Source: Candidatus Multivoradales bacterium (GTDB lineage: Bacteria; Acidobacteriota; Thermoanaerobaculia; Multivoradales; JAHEKO01). Taken from it: 64,000 nucleotides of DNA. The stretch lies in contig CBDCVR010000013.1 of assembly GCA_965223155.1 (NCBI GenBank), positions 352,001 to 416,000 of the forward strand, read 5' to 3'. Both the position numbers and the translations under genes were made by a program. This document shows, piece by piece, positions 32,152 to 40,592 of this stretch; the first letter of the stretch is position 1, and every line of letters begins with the position of its first letter. Below the pieces are notes generated by a model. That model saw only the letters and a list, made by a program, of their open reading frames with translations, searched no databases and was not told the origin of the DNA.

Positions 32152-33147
32152 TCACGCTCGGCGCCTGCGGTTCCCCAGCTCAACCACGGCGATCGCGAGT
32201 CCCAGAAGGACAATGGCCCCGCCCAGGATCTCTTGCCCGACAATCGCGAAGCCGAAGATCTGAGGCAATGACCAGGCCAGGAGCGACTTGCTCAGTAGGG
32301 TCAGCGGCGGGTTGAGGAAGACCGTGAGACCCACCGTCGAGGCCTGCAGGTGTTCGAGGAGCCAGGTCCAGATGGCAAAGCCCAGGACGGTACAGGGCCA
32401 GCCCAGATAGACAACGGCCAGCCAGCCACTCCAGTCGAGAGCCGCCAGCTCGCCCGCGACCCGGGGCAGGAGGGGCGTCAGCAGCAGAGTGCCGACCAGC
32501 ACCGACGCGTAGCTCCAGACCAGCGGGGACACCCGTTGCGCTACCGTTCGCTCGCCGGCGAGGGCTCGCTTCGAGATGACTGAATAGAGCGACCACGAGA
32601 TCGGCGCCAGCATCGCCAGAGCGACGATGGCCGGATAGGGAGTTCCGGTCGTGGGCCGGGACAGAGCGATCACGACGACGCCGGAGAATCCGACCAGAAT
32701 GCCCAGCCACTTCCGCCGGGACACCTGTTCCTGGAGGAAGAAGAAGGACAGGAGGGCCACGAAAAGCGGTACCAGCGTCGTGACGATCGAGGCCACCGAG
32801 GCGGGCAGCCCCCGGGCCTGAGCGCTGTACAGCGCAAGGTTGTAGCCGGGTACGACCAGGGCGCCACAGAGAACCAGCGAGCCGCCCTGTCGCCGTAAGG
32901 CCGAGACGAGCTCGGCCGGCCGAGCGATCAAGAGATGGAGGGCGATGAGAACCGACGCCGAGCCCATGCGCGCAAGGGTCAGCCCCAGCGGGGACAGCCT
33001 GGCCGCGTCCCGTTCGGTGCCGAGGACGTAGCTCATGGCAATGAAGCTGCTGCTCCAGACCAGAAACAGGAGCAGCGTCGAAGTCAAGAGCAAGGACCGG
33101 GATGGTACCGAGCCTGGAGCTTGCTGTCGGGGTGCTGGCGACTCCAT
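32152..33147 (-). CDS. EamA/DMT-family transporter
   Basis: About ten TM helices in two EamA repeats. Confidence 0.88.
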   Translation of the reverse strand: MESPAPRQQAPGSVPSRSLLLTSTLLLFLVWSSSFIAMSYVLGTERDAARLSPLGLTLARMGSASVLIALHLLIARPAELVSALRRQGGSLVLCGALVVPGYNLALYSAQARGLPASVASIVTTLVPLFVALLSFFFLQEQVSRRKWLGILVGFSGVVVIALSRPTTGTPYPAIVALAMLAPISWSLYSVISKRALAGERTVAQRVSPLVWSYASVLVGTLLLTPLLPRVAGELAALDWSGWLAVVYLGWPCTVLGFAIWTWLLEHLQASTVGLTVFLNPPLTLLSKSLLAWSLPQIFGFAIVGQEILGGAIVLLGLAIAVVELGNRRRRA

Positions 33148-33413
33148 CGGTTGCCCTGGAGGGAGCGATCGGTGTGCTAGGCGAGCCGCTGGCGAATTGC
33201 AGGGGCGCGGGCACGTTAGCCCAGGCCCCGGAGATCGGCAACAGGTAGAGGTTGGTGAGGCCGAGGGACTCGCTTGGTCGCCAAGATGCAAGTCACTGGA
33301 CGTCACTGGACGTCACGACTCGAGGGACCGATTTCGCTGTCGGCGATCTTGGCTAATGCGGACGCTCGGAAGGAACGCAGGTCCTGCCAGAGACGAACTT
33401 GCCGTCGTCCGTC

Positions 33414-35225
33414 CTAGTGGCTTCCCAAGATCCCCCGCTTCGCTCTCTCGACGGCAGTCGCGATTGGAGCGGACGCGACCTCGGCTCGCAGGATTGGGCG
33501 TAGGTGCTCCAGATAGTCGTCCAGGATGGAAGCTTCCAACGAGGCTTCGCGGATGAAGGCCGAGCGCAGGTCGGCGTCACTGAAATCGAAATGCGTCAGG
33601 ATGTCGACGAGGGCGAGGGCGAACTGTGAGGCGGCGTCGTCCCGGGTGCCGAGCCGCCAGGTCCAATCGGTCTCGGCGACGAAGTCGCCGATCAGGGTCA
33701 AGAGCGTCCGGCTGCGCCAGTTGGTGGATCGAAAGCTGCTCAAGAGCTGCTGGTAGCCGTTCTCCACGTTCTGGGAAATGTAGAAGAGCGCCACCGCCGC
33801 CACGAGCTCGTTGCGGAGCAGCGACTCGGCGTCGAGATCGCGCCACCTGTAGTAGTCGTAGGTGGTGGTCTGCCGGTTTCCGCTGCTGTCGAGATAGGAG
33901 AACTGCCTGCGGGTCACGCCCTCCCCCGCCGCGTCCCGCGCTTGGGTCCCGGCTTCGGCCATGTAGAGCCAACCGTTCCCGCTCAGATCGTCGATTCTGC
34001 GGCGCCCGACGCTGGGGGCGAAGTGAAAGCCGACGAAGTTGGCAACACCTTCTTTGAAGACCGCGTGGGAGTCGGGAAGGATCTCCCGAAAGTAGTGGGT
34101 GCCGTCGGGTCCGTAGGCGGGGCCGTAGTGCGCGGTGTCCCAACCCGTTCGATCGAGGGTGTGGACGGTCTCGTGAATCAAGGTCGCGTGCCAGTCGGGG
34201 ACGGTCCGTCCTCCCCCGCTCAGATCCTCGGCGTGGAGCTCACCCAGGACCACCTTGCCCAGCGCGCTCGAACCTCGCCCTTCGCGCCAGGCGCACGGCC
34301 ACACCCCCAGCCGTCCCGTGCCCCGCAATTCGGACCGGCAGAGCCGGTAGTGGTTCCCCGTCGCCTGGGTGAGATCCTGGGTGAAGTCGTTCACCAAGTA
34401 GAACCGCAGCCGGGGCAGACCGCCGATAGTCTGCATCAGGCGGGCGACCTCGGTGCCGACGCGTCCGGCGGTGATCTCTTCATAGGTGCGAATCAGCGTT
34501 GGACAGTCCTGGGCGCAAAGCTCGCGCAGCCGCGCGGCGCTGCCGGCCAGCCCGATGCTTCCCCAGACCCCTTCGGCGGCTCCGGAGGGGGTCGGCAGAC
34601 GGGGATCCACCAGCACGACCTCGATGGGTCCCCGCGCGCCACCGCCCGCAGACTGCGGCGAGGCCAAGGAAGCGATTCGGCTCCGCCAGTCGTCTTCGGA
34701 AAAGGCGGCTCCCGAGGCACCCTCGAGGAAGTAGCGCTCGCCCACGGCCACTGCGCTGGTTCTGGAACCCTCGCCCGTCCGGGACGGAACGACCACCGTT
34801 TGCTCCCCGAGACTCCGGACGCTGTCCCCGAGCAAGCGGCGCAGCTCGGCCGAGAGCGGGCGATCATCGACCAGGAAGACATAGTTGACGCCGGCAAGCG
34901 AGACCCGCTCGGATCCGCCGGGACCACAGGCTCCCGCTCCCAAAGCCTCCCGCGCAAGGGCCAGCCCGGTCAGATCCGCCTCGCAGAACGGGGTGGCGGT
35001 CCGGGTCGCGCCCTCGTCGCAGACCTGCCGCCCGGCCGTCAAGTCTTGGCCGCAGACCGCCGGATACCCAGCCGGAAGGTAGTAGACCGTAGTCGCGGCC
35101 TCGATCGGTGGCGCCGCGACCACGAGCGAGACAGTCACCAAGGCCCGGCCGACGAATCGCCTGGCGGCGGTCTCGGTTCCGCGGGACGTCCTCCTGCCTT
35201 CACGCCTTGCCACGAACGCTCGCAT
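33414..35225 (-). CDS. Secreted cargo-type protein C1: shared Cys4 N-domain + HExxH zinc metalloprotease domain
   Basis: Signal peptide (PIEA), TTVYYLP...C-x10-C-x11-C-x18-C...YVFLVDDR; LIHETVH...FKEGVANF (gluzincin-like third ligand); TGATG coupling to C2. Confidence 0.8.
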   Translation of the reverse strand: MRAFVARREGRRTSRGTETAARRFVGRALVTVSLVVAAPPIEAATTVYYLPAGYPAVCGQDLTAGRQVCDEGATRTATPFCEADLTGLALAREALGAGACGPGGSERVSLAGVNYVFLVDDRPLSAELRRLLGDSVRSLGEQTVVVPSRTGEGSRTSAVAVGERYFLEGASGAAFSEDDWRSRIASLASPQSAGGGARGPIEVVLVDPRLPTPSGAAEGVWGSIGLAGSAARLRELCAQDCPTLIRTYEEITAGRVGTEVARLMQTIGGLPRLRFYLVNDFTQDLTQATGNHYRLCRSELRGTGRLGVWPCAWREGRGSSALGKVVLGELHAEDLSGGGRTVPDWHATLIHETVHTLDRTGWDTAHYGPAYGPDGTHYFREILPDSHAVFKEGVANFVGFHFAPSVGRRRIDDLSGNGWLYMAEAGTQARDAAGEGVTRRQFSYLDSSGNRQTTTYDYYRWRDLDAESLLRNELVAAVALFYISQNVENGYQQLLSSFRSTNWRSRTLLTLIGDFVAETDWTWRLGTRDDAASQFALALVDILTHFDFSDADLRSAFIREASLEASILDDYLEHLRPILRAEVASAPIATAVERAKRGILGSH

Positions 35226-36493
35226 CAGAAGGGTCGCTCGCATGAGCAACCGCGGCAGAAGGGCTCGAACTCCCGGCAGTATCGCTCGTTGAGGTCCTGC
35301 CGCAGGCGGGCTCGGTTCTCCGGGATTCGGAGCATGCGGCGTTGTCCGATCGGCATGTCGCGCCAGCGGCTGAGAGCCGCTTCGCACCCGGCGCGATTCC
35401 TCTCCATGAGCTCCGGAGCGCCACAACCTTGCGGGTGTCGCGGTCGGTAGATGGGCAGGAGCTGATCGTTCAGCCTCGCCGGGCCGGTAAGCCATGTCAT
35501 GGTGACTCCGTAGCCCTCGAGATAGGCCATGTGAAGCATGCCTCGCCGCGCGCCTTCTTCGCCGGTCGCCGGCTCCGGCGGGGTCCCCGCGCCCCGTACC
35601 ATGCCCTCGCCGGTATCCTGGATGACCGGCTCCGGATCGGGTCGCTCCGCGGGAGGCACCCGCTCCTCGTCATCGTCGAAATCCACCGTCTCACCCAGGG
35701 TGAAGCCGAGTCGATCGATCCGGTCGTCGCGATCGGGTTGGCGATACAAGACGCCCCGCAGCGGCACCGTGCCCGCGGACGACTCTCCATGAATGCGGCG
35801 AAGGCTGGCCTCGACCCTGTCGATGAGCTCGCGCATCCGGGCCCTTCCGTCGCTCCGGCACAGCATGATCGGGCACAGGGCGTCTTCGACGGTTCGGCGG
35901 AAGGTCGCGTAGTCCGAGTGGTACGGCACGTCCAGCTCCTCGACATCGACCTCCAGATCCAAGAGGCTGGCGATTCGGGTGAGCCAGGCGGTCCGGTTCG
36001 GCGATCGTTCGCGGTAGAAGCGCTCGCCCACGAAGATGCCCTGGACGCGTGCCGAGGGGCCCGTCCTGGACGGCACCACCATCGGACCGGCGCCCAGGTC
36101 GCGCACCGCGTCGCCCAGCCTGCGAGTGAGCGCCGCCGACAGGGTTCGATCGTCCACCAGGAACACGTATTCGATGCCCGGGATCTGGACTCGCTCCGAC
36201 TCGGCCGGGCAGGCCGGGAGGCCCAAGGCCTCGCGTGCCAGGTCGAGGCCGGTAAGTCCCGAGCGGCAGAAGAACCGGGCACGGTTGGTGACGCCCTCTT
36301 GGCACACCGGGACCCCCCGGGAGATGTCGTAACCGCAGACCTCAGGATAGTTCTGAGGCAGGTAGTACACGGTCGTCGCGACCAGGGGACCCGACGCCCC
36401 AAGTACGGCCAGGCACGCGAAACCGAGCGTCGCGCCTAGCCTTACGGCCCCGCGAAGGGTCCGGGCCGGCAACCGTGAATCAAGATTCGGCAT
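35225..36493 (-). CDS. Secreted cargo-type protein C2: shared Cys4 N-domain + unknown C-terminal domains
   Basis: GGAGG RBS, signal peptide, TTVYYLP...C4...YVFLVDDR...VGERF; Cys-rich C-terminus. Confidence 0.8.
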   Translation of the reverse strand: MPNLDSRLPARTLRGAVRLGATLGFACLAVLGASGPLVATTVYYLPQNYPEVCGYDISRGVPVCQEGVTNRARFFCRSGLTGLDLAREALGLPACPAESERVQIPGIEYVFLVDDRTLSAALTRRLGDAVRDLGAGPMVVPSRTGPSARVQGIFVGERFYRERSPNRTAWLTRIASLLDLEVDVEELDVPYHSDYATFRRTVEDALCPIMLCRSDGRARMRELIDRVEASLRRIHGESSAGTVPLRGVLYRQPDRDDRIDRLGFTLGETVDFDDDEERVPPAERPDPEPVIQDTGEGMVRGAGTPPEPATGEEGARRGMLHMAYLEGYGVTMTWLTGPARLNDQLLPIYRPRHPQGCGAPELMERNRAGCEAALSRWRDMPIGQRRMLRIPENRARLRQDLNERYCREFEPFCRGCSCERPF

Positions 36494-36512
36494 TCTTCCT
36501 CCCTCTCCGTCC

Positions 36513-38111
36513 TTAGTTGAATCCTCGGTCCGCCAGCTTCCAAGCGAGGAGACTCCGGGCCGGTATTCCCGAGATGGCTCGAAAGCGGCGGCGGGCGTCC
36601 TCGTCCTCGGGCTCCGTAAGCACCTGGTGGTTCGGACCCAGCCAGCCGCAGTAGCGGCGGTAGGCTTCCCCGTCCGCGCGCCAGCCGCCTCCCAGAAGCG
36701 GGGACCGGCTGAGCTCGGTGTAGGACGTCACGAAACAGACCCGCTTGCGGACTCCCAAGAGGAATAGGGTGGTCTTGCTCTGCGCGCCCATGTCGCTCAA
36801 GCGGTTGATGCGATCGCCGACGCGCTCGGATTCGCTCGTTGCAAGGGACGCCCGCACCAGGCTGCCCGGAGACTCATCGCGTCGCTCGAACCAGATCTCC
36901 AGGCACCCGCCGGTGCCGTCCTGCATCTGGCAGCTCGCTTCGGCTGCATTCTCAGGCGCGGAGTACTGCGCGTTGATCCAGTCCTCGTAGAGCTCTCGCT
37001 CGAGCTCCAGGGGATGCGGGGCGCGGAAACTCCGGGCCTCTTCGATCTTGGCTCGGATCTCGGTCTCGAATCCCTGGCGCAGGTCCGGCGACAGACGCGC
37101 GTATCGAGTCTGCCACTCGCGAACCAGGTCCTCGCGGCGCAGCAGACCCCGGCGCTGGGCCAGGAACCGGTTGCGCACGTCCTGGATCCACTCCCCCACC
37201 GTGCCCGAGCGGGGACCCGATCCGAAGTGACCGGTAAAGGCTTCGACAACGGGGGCGAACGTCTTGAGGTCCCGGAATTCGATCTTGGGCGCGGTGTAGT
37301 CATCGCCGCTGCCACGCGCCAGGACACTGATCTCGCCCATCGCTGGAAAGCTGCCGATGACCTTGTCCAGCATGAACCGAAACACCGTCTGTCCCAGGAC
37401 CTCCCAGAAGTCCGGGGTGAGCTCGCTCACCGACGCATGCACCATGGTGGACTCGAACTGCTCGAGCGCGCCGTCGTACATCGCCAAGCCGTCGCCCCAG
37501 TTCTGCTCGGTTTGGGAGACATAGCGCTCGATGTACTGGTTGACCTGGGCCGGGATCTCGTCCAGGAGGTGCTGCAGGAATCTGCGCTCGTCGCGAACGA
37601 TACCGACCCGTTCCAGCCACGCCGCCTGGCTGTCCCGGTCGCCGCCGACGCCGAGCTCGAACAGACGCTCGCCCACGGCGATGAAGTCGTAGCGGAACGC
37701 TAGGGCGCCGGCGCGGCCTCGGCTCGGGTAGACGAGCTCCCCCTGGCCCAGGTCCCGCAGGGCATCGCCCATCAGACGGCGCAGCTCCGGCGACGGGGAG
37801 CGGTCATCGACCAGGAAAACGAAGCGCACGCCGGACAGCGAAGCGCTCTGATCGGGCGCGCCGCAACGAGGAAGCCCAAGGGCCTGCTGGGCGAGCTTGA
37901 GACCCGGCACGTCGGCTTCGCAAAACGGCGTCGCCCGGCGGGTGGCCCCATGGATACACCACGGCTCGGAGGCGCTCAAATCCTGCCCACAGACCTCCGG
38001 GAAGCCCTGCGGCAGGTAGTAGATCGTGGTGGCCCGGCCCGGCGTAGCGGCCCCTGCCGCGAGAAGCACCAGCAACCCAGCGGCGATCTTGAATCGGGAG
38101 TTTCGGAGCAT
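36513..38111 (-). CDS. Secreted cargo-type protein C3: shared Cys4 N-domain + largely helical unknown C-domain
   Basis: Signal peptide (PGRA), TTIYYLP...C4...FVFLVDDR...VGERL. Confidence 0.8.
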   Translation of the reverse strand: MLRNSRFKIAAGLLVLLAAGAATPGRATTIYYLPQGFPEVCGQDLSASEPWCIHGATRRATPFCEADVPGLKLAQQALGLPRCGAPDQSASLSGVRFVFLVDDRSPSPELRRLMGDALRDLGQGELVYPSRGRAGALAFRYDFIAVGERLFELGVGGDRDSQAAWLERVGIVRDERRFLQHLLDEIPAQVNQYIERYVSQTEQNWGDGLAMYDGALEQFESTMVHASVSELTPDFWEVLGQTVFRFMLDKVIGSFPAMGEISVLARGSGDDYTAPKIEFRDLKTFAPVVEAFTGHFGSGPRSGTVGEWIQDVRNRFLAQRRGLLRREDLVREWQTRYARLSPDLRQGFETEIRAKIEEARSFRAPHPLELERELYEDWINAQYSAPENAAEASCQMQDGTGGCLEIWFERRDESPGSLVRASLATSESERVGDRINRLSDMGAQSKTTLFLLGVRKRVCFVTSYTELSRSPLLGGGWRADGEAYRRYCGWLGPNHQVLTEPEDEDARRRFRAISGIPARSLLAWKLADRGFN

Positions 38112-38113
38112 TT

Positions 38114-39535
38114 CTAGTCGTCCCCGTCCTGGTCCTCGGTGGTCATGGCCTCGGGATTCTCGAGATCGACTTCCCCGAGAAGCTCGAAGTGGTTCCCGCT
38201 CTTGAGCCAGCGCCAGCTCCACCAGGCCATGGCTCCGTCGGTGATCGGTGTCTCGGCGATGAGCTGGCGCATCTCCGCCTCGGTCTTCGCCCGGGCGTCG
38301 CTACACCGCCGGTTCTCGGCACAGGTGACCGGCGCACAGTGATGAGCGCCCGAAATCGGCACGACCGGGAAGTGCGTGTCCTCGCTCCAGCGCCGCACGG
38401 AGTCCGGTGGATACGCGGCAGGCGCGGTGTCGCATCGATCGTAGATCTGAGGCAGGCCGTAGTCGGCATCGATGAAGGCGGCCAAGGGAATCTGCGGGCG
38501 GCCCAGCGAGGTGACTCCAACCGAGAGGTTGCGGGGCTCGGCGAGCTCGCGAGCCGCCGTCATCAGGGCTTCCGATCGAGCCCGGTTGCGGCTGAAGTGG
38601 GCCTCGGGATCCAGAATGATCCCCGTGGCGTCGAGATGGAGCGCGCCTTCCACCAGCTCCTCGACCTGGCGGCGAATGGCGTTGCCATGCTCGGGAGCAC
38701 CGCGCCACGCGAAGATGTCGATCTCGGCCGCATGCAGGGCTTCGAGGTAGGGGCCGAGCGCTTCGATCTGATCCTCGGTCAGCGGCACATAGGTATCGCG
38801 GGGATGGTAGTGCGTGGGCCAGGCGACCCACTGGATTCCGGCCTCCCGGAGACGGGTCACGAAGTCACTCGGACTCCCGAGGAAGGCGAAGGAAGGCTCC
38901 TCACCCGCCTCGACCGCCGCCAGCACCGCCCGTGCCTCGACCCCCGTGATCGTGCGCTGGAAGAAGATCCCCTTGCCCCGGGGAATCCCAAGGCGCCAGA
39001 GATGCGCCCAGTTGGCGGCGTTGCGCACCTCGTCGATCCACGCGGCATCGGAAGGAGCCAGCGCCGCGGCGGCCTCCCCCACGACCAGCGCCCGGACCGC
39101 GTGGCCATCCACCGTGCGGGACGGAGACACAAGACGCCGGCCATCCCGGTCGCGAACGGAATCTCCCAGGAGCTCCAGCAATTCAGGGGTCGGATCCCGG
39201 TCGTCGACCAGAAACACGTAGTCGAAACCCGGCAATTCGTTGCGGCGCTCGACGCCGTCGCAGAGCTCGAGCTCCAGAGCCTCGGCCGCCGCGCGCAGCC
39301 CCGGCACGTCCTGCTCGCAGAAGGGCTCGGCCTCGGCGGTGACTCCGTCAGGGCAGGACGCCCCAGCTCCGGGCAGCTCCTGCGCGCAAGTCGATGGAAA
39401 CTCTTTGGGTACAAAGAAGATGCGAGTCCGGGCGGCCGCGGTGCCGGCCCCTCCCAGGAGGAGGAGTGTCGCCAGGGCGGCGAGGGCCCGCCTACCCGGA
39501 GAGGCTCGTCGTGGGCGAAGACTAGGAGCCTTCAT
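38114..39535 (-). CDS. Secreted cargo-type protein C4: shared Cys4 N-domain + glycoside hydrolase-like TIM barrel
   Basis: Signal peptide (TAAA), TRIFFVP...C4...YVFLVDDR; GKGIF, GIQWV, GIILDPE, VGVTS, LPQIY, AWWSW pattern of (beta/alpha)8 glycosidases. Confidence 0.75.
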   Translation of the reverse strand: MKAPSLRPRRASPGRRALAALATLLLLGGAGTAAARTRIFFVPKEFPSTCAQELPGAGASCPDGVTAEAEPFCEQDVPGLRAAAEALELELCDGVERRNELPGFDYVFLVDDRDPTPELLELLGDSVRDRDGRRLVSPSRTVDGHAVRALVVGEAAAALAPSDAAWIDEVRNAANWAHLWRLGIPRGKGIFFQRTITGVEARAVLAAVEAGEEPSFAFLGSPSDFVTRLREAGIQWVAWPTHYHPRDTYVPLTEDQIEALGPYLEALHAAEIDIFAWRGAPEHGNAIRRQVEELVEGALHLDATGIILDPEAHFSRNRARSEALMTAARELAEPRNLSVGVTSLGRPQIPLAAFIDADYGLPQIYDRCDTAPAAYPPDSVRRWSEDTHFPVVPISGAHHCAPVTCAENRRCSDARAKTEAEMRQLIAETPITDGAMAWWSWRWLKSGNHFELLGEVDLENPEAMTTEDQDGDD

Positions 39536-40592
39536 CGTCGTAGATGGCTATCGATTCCACGGAGCCCCCCTCGGTGTTCCGCATGACCGTGACGGGAACG
39601 TAGGTCTCCTCGCCGTTGCCGACGCCGGCGTCCGAGAGCTCGCCGTGGAGTCGCCTCAGGCCGTCGCTCCGACGGGCCGCGGAGTACGCGGCCGAACGCT
39701 CGATGCCGCCGATCTCGCTGGCGAGCGCTCGTCCGACCGCATCGCGCCACCGAACGAAGCTTCGATGAAACGGCACTGGCACCTCGCGTTCCTCGAACGT
39801 GAAGCTGGAAGCCTCGGGGCTCGGTGTCGGGGTCGTCAGGCCCTCGCCGGTCTCGGTCGGTGCCTCCCGTCGCCGGTCTCCGTCACCTCCTCCCCGGCCA
39901 GGGCTAGGCACAGACAACCCACCGGCGCCCTCCGCCGGCCTCTCCGCAGAGCCGCCTCCGGCCGCAGGGGTCGAATCGCCGTCGCCGCGGTTCTCGGGCA
40001 AGGCGCCAGGACCAACGACCCGGCCCAGCTCGCCCCCCTGCGTCAACAGGCCGCGGATCCGTTCTTGCCAGGCCGAAGTCGGAATCGCACCGCCCCCTTG
40101 CCCTCCGACGCGGGACATCTGCTCCCCGACCACGAGAGTGCGCCTGGATCGGCTGAGGGTATCGGTGAAGACCCGAAACGAGGGCTCGATCATGCGCCGG
40201 CCACCCTGGGAAACGAGCGTCGGACCGAGGGCTTCCAGAAGCGCTGAGGAAGGATTCGAGTCGTCCACGAGAAGGACCAACTCGACGGTCGATTCCGCGA
40301 GAGAGACCAGAAACGGATTGGGCATGCTGTTGCCCTGACAGTCTCGAAGTCCCAAGGCACTGCGCGCCGAATCGAGACCGGAGAGGCCGAGACGGCAGAA
40401 CGCCTCGACTTGACCGGTCACCCCATCGGGACATCGCGCCCGATCCTCGGTGAGAGACCAGGCGCAGACGGCTGGAAACCGCCCGGGCACGAAGATCACG
40501 TCCACGCCGGCGACCGCCGGCAGCGGGGCGAAGACGCCCGCCAAGCCCAAGAGGCTCGCGATCACGAGCTTCCGAAGGCCGGTCCTACTCAA
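39522..40592 (-). CDS. Secreted cargo-type protein C5: shared Cys4 N-domain, Gly-rich linker, short C-domain
   Basis: TTG start overlapping P1 stop, signal peptide (PAVA), VIFVP...C4...LVLLVDD...VGE. Confidence 0.75.
   Translation of the reverse strand: MSRTGLRKLVIASLLGLAGVFAPLPAVAGVDVIFVPGRFPAVCAWSLTEDRARCPDGVTGQVEAFCRLGLSGLDSARSALGLRDCQGNSMPNPFLVSLAESTVELVLLVDDSNPSSALLEALGPTLVSQGGRRMIEPSFRVFTDTLSRSRRTLVVGEQMSRVGGQGGGAIPTSAWQERIRGLLTQGGELGRVVGPGALPENRGDGDSTPAAGGGSAERPAEGAGGLSVPSPGRGGGDGDRRREAPTETGEGLTTPTPSPEASSFTFEEREVPVPFHRSFVRWRDAVGRALASEIGGIERSAAYSAARRSDGLRRLHGELSDAGVGNGEETYVPVTVMRNTEGGSVESIAIYDDEGS

Noticed and set aside
33292-33316. GTCACTGGAC x2.5 repeat downstream of the large operon
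   Set aside because: Too short to distinguish from a chance slippage duplication; no matching copy found at the other end of the operon
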